From Takakia lepidozioides (lineage: Eukaryota > Plantae > Bryophyta): a DNA stretch of 64,000 nucleotides. Location of the stretch: assembly GCA_030704615.1 (NCBI GenBank), contig CM060732.1, forward strand, positions 50,158,001-50,222,000, in the 5' to 3' direction. The position numbers and the translations under genes were made by a program. Below are positions 37,001 to 48,956 of the stretch, in pieces. Below the pieces are notes generated by a model. That model did not search any database and had not been told where the DNA came from. It saw nothing but the letters and a program-made list of their open reading frames with translations. How positions within the stretch are numbered: the stretch's first letter is position 1; every line of letters begins with the position of its first letter.

Positions 37001-38289
37001 CGCACTTATGACACTGGCATTTGTCCAACATTCTGAAAGTCCATCTTCCTGTTGTATTCGGAATTGAGGTTTCTCTAGCAGATTCTAATGGCCGGGAACA
37101 AATGTGTGTGCAGTTGAATGATTTGCAGAGGAATGCCATGATCAACCTGGGAGATTCAGCAGTCACCACACACGACCTCTACAAGGAATATGCGGAGTGG
37201 TATGTTACAGAGGGTGGGGATGCAAAGGACTGGTGTGTTTACCGGAAACATGCTGAGTACTTACCACATGAACTGAGTAGCAGTCCTCCTGCAGGTGGCT
37301 GTTGGCCAGACTTGATGAGAATATCGATGGAAGGTTTGAAATGTGTCAAATTTCCACGGAGGAAAGTTCAAGAGTGGCGCAACATCATTGTTTTACAACT
37401 CCATTCTTGTTCCAGTTTGACAGATATCGATATACACGGACTCACTTGTCTGTGTCATTTGGAATTGGTAGACCTCAAGAATCTGGAGAGACTTGCTTTT
37501 TCAGCAAATTTAGACGATAACACCACCCCTCAATACCCGCTGGACCTACAGTTTGTGATTCTAGAGAACCTCAGAGCATTAAAGCATCTACCCAGGTTTA
37601 GTCCGTGTATCTCATTGAGGATGTTCATCATGAGGGAATGTCCGAGCTTGACAGCGCCCCCAAAACTCGAATCGTGTTCAAGTCTTGAAATCTTCTCAAT
37701 GGACTGGTATCCCGATCAAGTATGCGCACCGAACGTGAGCGGAATGACTTCGTTGCAAGATCTTTTCATCTGGAACAAGGGGCAAGGACGTGGCGGACGT
37801 GTTGAATTAGAGGGCCTCAGCTCTTTGATAAATTTGCATGAAAGACTATATCTGTTGTCTCTGCCTGTAGAGAGATTGTCAGGGCTGGAGAGGCTGACAA
37901 AACTTCGTGTCCTCAGCTTGGAGCACTGTCATCTTCTCACTGAGTTGCCAGACTTGATTGGCCTCACCCACCTTGAGCTGCTGATTCTCTCGTGGACGAA
38001 GGTGAAAGAGATTCGCGGGGTGGACAGCTTGTTGCAATTACGAACCCTTGATTGTAGATGGTGTCAGGAGTTGCTCTGGCTGCCAGATTTGCACCATCTG
38101 CCAAAACTGAGGTATCTGAACACACGAGGGTGCGCAAAAATGACGACTCGTCCCAGAGTGCCCAAGCACCCTTGTGTTCATGAAAAAGATGTGCTTGAAG
38201 GAGACTCTTCAGGTGCGAAAGATTTCTATGACACAGAAGGCTTGTCCGAAGGTCTTGATCTGATGTTTTCTTCCCAAGAAGCAAACTAG
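34035..38289 (+). CDS. TIR-NB-ARC-LRR immune receptor with a predicted N-terminal hydrophobic anchor exon (about 958 aa)
   Basis: Exons 34035-34201, 34807 (or 34816)-35401, 35522-35785, 36284-36958, 37114-38289, all GT-AG and phase-consistent. TIR: IFLSHSGAQK...FFDQRDDSL...VAVVVLSEKYLTSKWPMQEL. P-loop GMGGLGKTT; Walker B VFLVIDNV; SKIMVTSR; YHPLAL; FLDVA; THDL; about 10 LxxLxL repeats. The first exon is inferred and less certain than the rest. Confidence 0.88.
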
Positions 38290-39544
38290 AGTGAAATCAA
38301 GTGTGATGGCCTCAAATGCAAGTTGAAAGTCTCTGATTCCTTCTGGAGATTAGACAATCTTGTGACCTCTGGGCATCATGATAGAACAAGACTGAAGTGA
38401 TTCTCTGGACCGTGCAAGTTTTTCTTTTTTTCTTCAACGAAACAGTTTGTTAGTTTACCCTTTCATGCCATTGTACCCTTTCATCATACCTTTTGGGTTT
38501 TCTTGTCTTTCTCAAAACCTTTATTCTGTTTGTTTGATACTTTTTCTCTCTAGATTTGTTCACAATCTTTCCCTGCAACATTTATGTTTGCACAACCAAG
38601 GTCTATTGTCATGATCATAACATACATGTAAAGTGAACTAAAGTAATATTACAGCTTTCAATTTGTGTCAAAACTTGAATGTCATAAGAATAGCTGTCTT
38701 GGAGCAACAACAATGGTACTAGATAGAGATTCCCAAAAGAACTTTGCTACTACTATTTTGCTGTGCTCAGAAACAGGCTGCAGGTCATCAAGCTTCCGTA
38801 GTTCAAAATGTTGGAAGTTCTTCACAAAATCTACTAAACTGCACATTCTAAATGAGAGTTGTATATCTATCAAAGTGAGTGATGATTTTCAGCACTCTAG
38901 GTGTTGTAGGGACGATAGCAGTGTTTGCAGATCCAGGTCCATAAACCTACAATGGGAGTGGAACATGATGGAAGTATGATAAATCTATTCATGCTATCAA
39001 AACATCAGAGTATCCACAAAACAAAAACAGACATTAGAGTATCCATTTATTTCTAACGTGGATCTTTTTGCCGATCTGAGAGTTTTTGTAGTGTATCAGA
39101 ATCAAGCAAAACAGAGGCCGCACTTGGTTGCAATCATAAACTATGAAAACAAGGTATATCTCTGATCGAGATCTCTAAGAGTACTTTTGTCAAAACCCAT
39201 CAAAGAATGATACTAGTGAGGTAACTTCAAACTTAGGACTCTACTCTCTTATTGGGTTCTAACTAGGACAACAGGTCTGAAGATACTTTAAGAGCTCAGT
39301 CAGTTGTTTCAAACAATATGAACATACATCTGTTCTCAAACTTTCTACTCATAAGTGCAACTGTGGGCAATGAGATTAAAGTTGATAATCTGATTGCATA
39401 TTAGAGAATTCAAAGGATCTGTATATTCATACATTAAGCTAACTGCAGTGATTCAGTTAGTCCAAAAGAACAACTAATCCAATATGGCTGATGAGATAGC
39501 AGGAAAGATAGTATCACTGGAAAAAAAAAGAGGAAGAGTCCTGC

Positions 39545-40804
39545 ATGCAGGGAGACGACTCAGAGAGGTGGGAGGATGATGAATTCCAACAGTGGGAAGG
39601 TAAAGACTGCAGCGCTATAAGTAAAAGCACTACAGCCCCACTGAGATGGGAAGGTTTCCCACGGGATGTGATGAACCATGTGTTGGCCCTCCTTCCTTTT
39701 CCTACGATTTTTCAGCTTCGTTGTGTCTGCAAGTATTGGGATTCTCTAGTGGGCTGTCCTCGGTTTCTTCAGTCCCGAGCAGAGAGTTCTGGTTCATGGG
39801 GATCATATTTCCCTGTTGTCTACGTAACGCAATACCAAGGCAGGAGGTGGAGAAAATATGCTGCAACGTTTGCTTACGATGCTTCAGTGAATTTTTGGCA
39901 AAAGATGCCACCCCTTTCATTCATTCCCAAGTCACAAAACCTTGAATTCTTAGCGGGAGCTGGAGGTCGTCTTCTGTGTCATAATGAGCTCGATGATATC
40001 GATAACTCATTGATGGTTTGTAATCCTGTGACCAAGGCTTGGAGACAATTACCTCAGTGTCTAAACTCTGGTGGAGGATCTTATTCTAGAAGCACGATGA
40101 GACGTAGAACTTATGCGTTGGTTTTTGTAGTAGATGATCGAGTCAACAAAGCTTACAAGATAGTTTTAGCTGGATTTGGAAATGTGACCAACCTAGATTA
40201 CAGAATCACAAAGGTATATGATTCTAGGTCCGACTCTTGGATACAAACTGGCAAGCTTCCTCCAGACTTGGAACTCAAATACCGAACAGGAGCGTTGTGT
40301 GATGGGCTGCTTTATTGGTGGGCTCATGAATTTGATTATTCCAAGAGAAATTTTGTATGGGACATCCTTCTTGCGTATGATATAGAGCAAGGGGTATGGA
40401 CTGTTATTCCAAATACAGTACCTGTCAATTTTGGAAGGGACCGTTCTCTTTTGGGATTTGGGGAACGTCTGATGATGGTGACGAAATTTGGATCGGGCAA
40501 TTTTCGAAACCAGCAAGGAATCTTTGAACTGGAGCCAAAAACCCACATGTGGGTTCAAATTGCTCAAATGCCCGAGTCGTTTTTAGATCTTGACATCGGT
40601 GAGGTTGAGGGTTGCGCTTCATGTGGCAGTGCGCAAAACAAAATCTGCATGGTCACTAGAGTTGAAAGGATTAGTTCCATTAGTGACGAGGAAGGTAGTT
40701 GGACAGGGCGGTGGATGGTGATTTACGACAAATCTCAAGATGTATGGGAGTGTGTGCCATGTAAGTGCTTTTCGACAGGTGCATTAAGAGAGTCCCATTC
40801 ATAA
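39545..40804 (+). CDS. Intronless F-box / Kelch-like repeat protein (possibly frameshifted at both termini)
   Basis: F-box WEGFPRDVMNHVLALLPFPTIFQLRCVCKYW, followed by AYDASVNFWQKMP, LMVCNPVTKAWRQLP, YKIVLAG, VYDSRSDSW, LAYDIEQGVW, WVQIAQMP. The usual C-terminal FEPxL motif is out of frame. Confidence 0.85.
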   Translation: MQGDDSERWEDDEFQQWEGKDCSAISKSTTAPLRWEGFPRDVMNHVLALLPFPTIFQLRCVCKYWDSLVGCPRFLQSRAESSGSWGSYFPVVYVTQYQGRRWRKYAATFAYDASVNFWQKMPPLSFIPKSQNLEFLAGAGGRLLCHNELDDIDNSLMVCNPVTKAWRQLPQCLNSGGGSYSRSTMRRRTYALVFVVDDRVNKAYKIVLAGFGNVTNLDYRITKVYDSRSDSWIQTGKLPPDLELKYRTGALCDGLLYWWAHEFDYSKRNFVWDILLAYDIEQGVWTVIPNTVPVNFGRDRSLLGFGERLMMVTKFGSGNFRNQQGIFELEPKTHMWVQIAQMPESFLDLDIGEVEGCASCGSAQNKICMVTRVERISSISDEEGSWTGRWMVIYDKSQDVWECVPCKCFSTGALRESHS

Positions 40805-42541
40805 CTTGTTGTTCGAGCCTAATCTAGCTAGCATTTGAAGGGATTCACTTTGATCGGTTTGTTACAATCAACATATCCTGCCTCTCTCTTCTTCTGCTTC
40901 ATTGTGATCTGGTTTGGGTATTTCCCCGGCCTTGGCTCACCTTGCTGGTCCTTTGTCTTTGGGTTCGTCCCTCATCTTCTTGGTGTTTATGCTGCTCAAT
41001 AAAGTTTTTGAGGGCCTCCTGAGTACCTTCTTGGGTTTAGAAAAATGATATATTGACAGTGGGACTCAACACCATCCTTTCATTATGGTTCAAGTTTAAG
41101 GGTTTAGCAAGGAGAACCCTAAACCATTGAATGTTGTTTTAAGCAGTTTTTATGTGAGTTCTTTTCTTGTGCCATTTCTTCATTGATCACATGACCAACG
41201 TCTGCACCCAAGCAACTCATTAGGAAGGTGCACAGATTCCACCAAGAGTGAAGGCTTGGTTTGCACACTGATAACAAAACCTTCTTTCAACAACATTAGC
41301 AGCAACTTTTTTTCCCCCTTCCAAGATTTAGGTGCGGACGAAGCTCCTCATCTCCATACCACCTACTGGTACTGCAGTATTGTCAAAGCGCATTGTGACG
41401 ATTAGAGCACTATAAATTCACCTGGAAATTTTCCCACAAAAACCATATACACTGGTAGATGCAAACAGGTAACACGAAAGCACAGAGAATAGAGCTAAAC
41501 TGTTGAAGTGGTCTGGGCATCAGTGAAGGTAATTCCATTCTACACTGTCGGATTTTACATTCCTAGGATGGGAATTTTCTGCATCGACTTCCCAGTGATT
41601 GAAATGTTTAATGCAATGAACAATCCAAACGGTCAGTGTTTGGGCAGTTGTGTTGAAAGAAAGAAAAGATGGTGGGGTGACAAATCAACTTCCCTTGGAG
41701 ACGGGACGGAGCCTCTCCCTTTGTTCCATCAAACTGTGGGGACGGGTATCTGTAAGTTTTGGTGCGTGAACAATCTCCAACATATGTGGGCATTAAAAAC
41801 CATGATATATGGTATTGTGGAGGTTGTCCTGCAGCCCACAATCATGTATGAACTCTTTTGTAGGAATACAGGGGGGATGTGTCGAAAGGACCACGGCACA
41901 AAGAAGCATGGATTGTGTTTGACCCCATCTAAAGGCACCCCCACTCATTCTTAGCAATGTAACCCTCCGGAGAATCTATGTATAGCTCAAAGAGAGTGGG
42001 TGATAGAGGGCCCAATATTGCTGTGCACTCCTGTTGAAAACTCCCCTGCCACCTTTGACCTGCCAATGACAGCTTCACATGGAGAGGATGGCCAATATGA
42101 TGTCTTCATATCCCTATCCTGTGTAGTACCTCCAGAAGGTTGGTGCCAGGGACAGACCAAAGCTTTCTGGAAATTTGCAAAGCATAGAGAGACTGACCCC
42201 TCTCTGTACATTCAATTTATGAAGGTTGCCAACTGCAGCACATTGTATCAAAGTTTATTCACCTGAAACCTGCTTGTGCTCACTCTAATCGAAGTCAGCA
42301 CAAATGCAAGTAAAGTTTCCTCTGTACGTAGCTCTCTCAACAAATTCAGCAAACTGATTTTGGGCCAATCAAAGAATTTCCTAACTTTCTAATAACCCTG
42401 TTCTCGCGCAGACATGCCAATAGTATAGTAGTGTTCATTTCCTGTGGGGAGTGGACAAATGGACAAATCTACAAGGTCCCTAAGACAAACTAGGGACATG
42501 AATTTGAGGGTGACAGTCTTGGAAAAGAACTCAACTAAGGG

Positions 42542-45500
42542 TTACCTGGCTTCTACTAACTCAGGATATGAAATAGGCCCCAGTTGTCTCTTTAAGTCTC
42601 CACCAGGCAATACAGCTTGGCCTCCTTGAGTTCTCTCCACCTTGTTGGCCAGGAAAGAGGGCAGAGCAGAAGAGGGTGCAGGCCTGGGCTCAGAACCCAG
42701 TAAGGCATCCCAGGCAGGATCAACCTCAGGCAATGTGTAGGCCTCAGCTTTCAAAGCTAATGGGAAGTCTGGCAGTTGAGGTGTTTCCGTTGGAGCCCTG
42801 GAAAATAAAAACACCACAACACAAATGTTCTGTCAACAAATCAACATTTCACATATAATTGGCTTCCCAAAAAACCAAACTACCTCTGCTCAATGTAGAA
42901 ATGAACCCAAAACCACCTGTAGAGAAGACATGTGCCTTGGCCAGTGCTGGTCTTATGAGCCAACTGACACAGGCAATCAAGGTGTCTATCCACCTTGCAC
43001 ACAACGAGACAACCCTTTCTGTGGCTATACCCATGCCTTTTTGCAGGATTCATCAACCCCTAATTGAACTGGATAACGAGTTTGATCCGTCTTACTTCTC
43101 TTGACGATACACGTCTCTGTTGACACGCGACTTGCTCAGGGTGTCCTTGGGAATCTTCTCAGACAGGTACTTCATTGGGCCCCATACAGGAGGGACTCTG
43201 CACAGCCAAACAACAACAATGAAACTCTTGTTTGCTATCCAGGTTAAGATCAACTGGGACAACCCATCAGAAAAGATTTACTTATCTGACCTTGCTTCCT
43301 ATACCCCTGTGCCAATTGACACAAATGTGAGTAGTCACCCGTGAGATAGAAAAATTGTACTCATAAAACGTCCCGAGATAGAAGAATTGAAATGAAATGG
43401 TACTCTAGCATTATAATGTCCACAGGAGGTCCAAGGGACCTGTGAGGCAAACTAGAACAAGAAACCACTTCAAACAAAGGAATGCCCGAAGACTTCAGGC
43501 GGGTAGAATGCCACACACTTCGGGTCCTCAGAAGAAAAAGAGAAGTTCATTGCCCCAGACAGGGGCCATCGGATAGAGAAGAAGGGATGGAACGTGATTA
43601 CATTGAAAGGGGGTCCCCAGGGCCCATGGGACAAAGTAAAAGTCATATCAGAATACACTAGAGAAGAATAGGGCATACATACACAGGGACAGGCTCATAT
43701 CTTCTCTCCTGACATATGAGGAGAAATGATAAGGGAGGAATGGGAGAGAAGAAAAGAACTAAACCCTGGCTCGCTGAACAAACAACACAGTAGGTTGCAG
43801 TTGGCAAACCTGCCAAGAAACCCTCAAGACAATCTGACTGCATGGAAGAGAAGGATGAAGATACGGACCTGGTCACAGGCATAGTGTTACTGAAATCCAT
43901 ACACCCTCTCTGGCTCTCTTTTAGAAAGACATTTGCAGCTTGGAGGCATGCGACTGCGTTAGCATGTGTGTCTTGTTCAGACCCGTCATCTAAGATGAGT
44001 CCGTGAAAGTAGTATGCAGCAGCCTGTTCCATAGAGACGAAGTAAATTCCAAGTTCCAACCATTCAGTTTTGGGCTCCAGAAGAAGCGAGAGAGAACACG
44101 CTATGGGTCAGATGTCTGATTTCAACAAAACCACTCCAAACTATTTCTCCATGTGTGCCAGTACCACGTACCTTTGCCTCAGTAAGCTTCCATTTTACAA
44201 AACTCAAGTGCTTTTGTCCCCAACCATGTCCTAGCCACACACTTGAAATACTCTCCTGTGCCTGTCTTCACAAAACCATTCCCCCACCATAAGGGTGTTA
44301 GATAGCTAAGACTACATCTTGGCTTGGCTGTTTGTTCCTTTGCTATATTGCATCAGTAGTCATCTGGGTGCTTCCCCTTGCCTTCTAGTCACAGACCCAG
44401 TGCCAAGCACAAAAGGGGTCACTTGTTTTTTACCTGTTTTAAAGATGAGAAGCTTTGTAGATGGCATGAAGGTTAGTAGCCCAGCAGTTTGGATCCTCGA
44501 AAGTGAAAGCCTCTGTCAAGGATGAGGAGCCTCTGAAGAGAGTGGTATCTCCCTCAAACCTCAGTAGTACACAGCGTACGGCAAAATGAAAAAGAGGAGG
44601 AAAACTATTATATCAACTAGAAAGCTGAGGAGCCCATGGTCCCAAATGAAAAGTTCCAAAAGAGCATGAGAGAAGATAGACAGAAGAAAGACGTGTATTC
44701 TTCCCATAGAGAATGTCCTCATTCTGCCCATAGAGGAGAAAGAGTAGAATGAGCACCTGCTCCCAGTACTTGACTTGCTCACAGGCCAGCCTTCGTTTAA
44801 CTGCCAATGATGCCTTGACATTGTCGATTGCCAAGCCCAATTGTATCTCCACCCCCTGTCCAACAGCATGTGTTGATTAACATGCCTGACCAGACGCACC
44901 TTTGTGTTCCCAACCCTTCCAACAAAGAAGTTCACAGTTTGCAATTGAATGCTGGAATGGCCAGCCCTGGAGTAATGCCATCAAAGCAAGCCACACCAAA
45001 TGCCACCCAAAAAAGCCGCAAGATCCAACAACTAACATTTTCTTTGGGTTCACCGTTACCCACACAAAACCTATCACTGGATTCGGTTACCTGACTGAAG
45101 ATTTCTCATGAAGTGCAAAAACCTAGTTAAAACTGAAAACCCTCTTTGAAACTATTACTTTCACTAGCGCACCATGTTTCATTTCATGATATCATCATGA
45201 GCCATGTAAAACAGACTTGGCACGCCAAAAGAAAGAGAAAGAGAGAGAGATATAGAAACAGACTTGACCCAATGCCTGCTGCTCCAATGCTCTAAGCATC
45301 CCTTCACTCAAATCTGCAGGTAGCTGGGCCCTGCCAGTCCAACCACCCATCAATGTTAGGTCCTCAATGCCTGTTGGCCACCAGCGAGAGCATTTCAAAC
45401 CTCAGCCAACTCATGCACACCAACTTGCTGGGATAAATGCACTCAAGAAAGGGGGAAGAGGGCAAGCAAAATGAGTCAGTTCCTGGTTATCATTCACAAG

Positions 45501-48500
45501 TACTCCATTGGCCTGCTGAATGATGGATCTGATAATGCAAGTCCTTGATCATGGGTTATGCCTTGCAAAGGTTCATTCATTGTGAAATGAGAAGCAGATT
45601 GAAATGGCTATAGAAGCTTCAGCATATTTTGAAAGTCATGATTGAAGATAGCAAAGAAGAGTTTGATCACTTTCACTCAAGCCGTTGTCTGAGCTGTCCA
45701 TGTAGACCATACATATGACAGCGTTTTGCTCTGATCCCAGCATATTCCTGAAAGGCCCACATATTCCCACATATACATCTTGTGACAGCAGATCTTACTT
45801 TATGTTGTCGGGCATGGTTGGCAGGACAGTGGTTATGGCACACTCCAAAAAATAGGCAGCCTTCAGCAATGTCTCTACAGCATTCCTCTTGCTTTCTGCC
45901 ACAACCCACATAATTTGTCTCAGATTTATGTGGCCTTTAGTGGTATAGAAAAGAGAAGCAGAAGATTCTCACCAAGTGTTTCTAAATCCAAAAATAACCT
46001 GCACAAAACCACGGAGCACGGTGACAAATTTATGGACAGTGAACCAAGTGGACAAGGACACAAACAATCAATCTTCTCCGTGGGAGCCTTTTATATGTCC
46101 TCTACATGGAAAACTTCAGTTCAGAAGTACAGGCAAAGCTTCTAAGTGGTTCTATGCCAGAAACACGTAGTTTAGGAGAATTGGTTCCCTGAGAATCCCA
46201 AAGGAGGCTTGTACATCCAATCTTACTGATTTTCTCCTGAAAGAGAGTTTTGGTGCCACAAGCTACAGATTTTCACTGCATTGATGGACTGGACAAGACC
46301 TCCCATTGGAAATGCTTAGAAATGTGAAATTACGGTAGGGCTTACCATGAAATATGCTGCATCAACAAATATTCACATATAAATACCCTAAGGGAAATGA
46401 TTTAAAGAGGGCTGCACACATGCCTTCGGTGACTTTGGGATTGTATCCTTCTGCTGGAGATCTGGGGGTGAGAAATCCATTGGCTTCTTCGAATGCTAAC
46501 ATGCCCAGTAAGTGCAACATAGAGAGCAGCTCGTAGGAGGCACTCGGCAGGGTCGTCTCCTGTCAAAGTGATTTGGTACGATAAAATATAATGTCAGTAT
46601 TACATGTGACTCTAGTGATATAAAGACATAATGGCACTGTTGTGGGCTGCACACTCAATGCTCCAAATTACTTCGGTCCTAACATCTACTGGGGGGCCTT
46701 TTAGTCAATAGCAGAGGTCCACTTAGTATAGGTCCACCGTAGATGATGGGTATACCCTTCACAGCACAATCCAGAAGGATACTAAAACCTTCCAAAGCCG
46801 GTCGTGGGAATTTCAGCCACCAGAATAAAACATCAGAAACAGAACTTTGGCTTGGCACTTATTCATCATCAACCACAAGGTAAAATTTCAGAGATCCAGT
46901 ATTCACTTTCAAGGAAGGGGTTCCCTGAGGAGAACTAAGAAGAAGATATCGTGTCCACAAGAGGTTGAAATGGAAGAAAAAAACAAAAACTTGATAATGA
47001 AAGGGAAAGCTAAGAGAGAAATGAAATGAAATGAAATGAAATGAGATGGTGCTTTATAACGTCCGCGGAAAGCTCGTAGAGCTTATGGGACAAAGTGGAT
47101 GCTACCTTTTCCCCATCTTCATTATTGGTCCATGCAAACTCAATAGCTGTGCTAACTTGTTCCCCTGTAAGTTACAATGAGCAAATAATTAGCCCCAATA
47201 ATACACATAACAAACTTGATTCCTGGTGGTCTCACGTGGCTTTTGGTACATATGGATACTAGTAAAGGTGACATGTATGTATTATCTTGGTGCGGCACAA
47301 GTAGAAGAGTTGAGACACCTAGGAGAAACCTTGAGTAGACAAATAGAGGGAAGCTTCACATTGAGTTGCTTGAAACAAAAGCTGATAGGATGAAAGCAAC
47401 CGGTAAAAGAGAGAGAAGAAGAAGGAAAAAAGGAGGAAGGACCACAAAAAGCATTGGAGGGCCTACGGGACAAATGGAATGGTACTTCATGACAAATGAA
47501 ATGAAATGGTACTTCATAAGAGGCAACAGAAAGAAGAAAAAAGAGAAAGGACTTAGTTACTAAGTCCACAGGGTAGTCCACTGGCCCATGGATCAAAGTA
47601 ACACAACCAGAAGCCCACATCTAAATGCACCAGACATCGCCTGAAGACGGGACAGCCTACTCAGTGGACTAAGATTTCCAAACCCTCATGGCAATAGATT
47701 CCAACCTGCAAAACAGGTAAGGTGAAAGAGAGGGAGGAGAGCAGTAGAATGGACGGTACTAGGTACTACAGTGCCTTTCCTACTATGATTTCAATGGATG
47801 AGAGGTTGATCCATACTGGACCTACAAATTTAATGAGAATGTACACCCCGAAGGTTAGTCTATAGCATAGCCTTAAGGGCTCTGGTCACTGTGGGATGCT
47901 AACACTCCAGGATATGGTGTGTTCAGCCCACCAGGGTAGTCGATGACTAAAACTCAAACAGTCCAGGACCCCTTGTGTACAACCAATATGGTTCGAAGGA
48001 ATGCAATGTTGATGAACACACTGCCATAGGTCGATTCTAGCAACCACTGCTCTACACCTCTAGCTGGGAAGTGCCTAGCTGGGAAACCGAGTTATTCCAA
48101 CTTGTCGAGTGGTGGGCGCATTTGGCAAGCGCCAATGCACATCACGTGTGACAAATGTAGATTTGGTCATACTACTAAACAAAGGACAGTCCATGGAAGG
48201 AAAGCCAGATAGAAGTAGGAATTGACAACCTGCGTTGGTTAAACCCAGTAAGACAGGCAGATACTCCTCGATAGCCTTTTCTGCATCAACACTTCCAGAG
48301 CCACCTGCAATCCCCATCTCCAAAGATTAACATCCTGCAGCTTCCTTCATGGACCCTGATTACAACTTTTCCTTCTTGACCATCAACAGCACAATTGCAT
48401 AATTGGCTATACTCCTAATCCAGCCATGAGGGAGGACACTGTCTGTATATTTTGTGCTTGATTCTAGATCATAACAACTGCTTTTAACTCCAGGTGTTCC

Positions 48501-48956
48501 GTGGATGACTCAGAGATCCGAAAGCAGTGGGCAGCTATAATTAATTTGAAGTTTCATAATGATGCAGACCCAACAAAGGATCACATTGCATTCATGTTTC
48601 CTCTGGTAGATCCAAATACCCACAAAGCTACAGCAAGCACAGACCTATTCCTAGAACCTGTCTCACAAACGCAGCAGAGAGGAAACTTGCCTACCTTCGG
48701 AATGTTGGGTTTTTCTCTGCCTGGATTTTCCTGAAGAGGATTCTTCAGCACCAGCTGTAAAAACAATGCGGGACCGTAGGGTGGCCAACCGCGCAGCCAA
48801 GTCACCTGGAACATACTCCTGCAGGGCCCTTGAGAGATCCACACCCTTTGGTGACCGCACGCCTGGAATGAACACGTATACCTCACCATGCGACGCGATC
48901 AGCTTGGCTGACCCTTCATCATCCTTGGAACCACCCGAAGACAAGATGCATCCCAT
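42542..48956 (-). CDS. Plant endosomal BRO1-like domain protein (BRAF/At1g73390-like family) with N-terminal MGC acylation motif, 11 exons
   Basis: Phase-consistent exons: 48956-48695, 48304-48230, 47164-47106, 46559-46424, 45895-45799, 45330-45264, 44855-44757, 44261-44172, 44023-43869, 43197-43096, 42797-42542. Motifs: VYVFIPGVRSP, EEYLPVLLGL, QLGLAIDNVKASLAVKRRLACE, VKWKLTEAKAAAYYFHGLILD, MKYLSEKIPK, LPDFPLALK. One GC donor. The stop could instead lie in a tiny extra exon near 42435. Confidence 0.9.
47018..47092 (-). mobile_element. Very short retroposon-like 3' end: stem-loop plus (CATTT)n tail, copy 2 (in a BRO1 intron)
   Basis: The reverse complement reads gtcccataagctctacgagctttccgcggacgttataaagcaccatctcatttcatttcatttcatttcatttc, homologous to 15133-15193. 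Confidence 0.55.
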
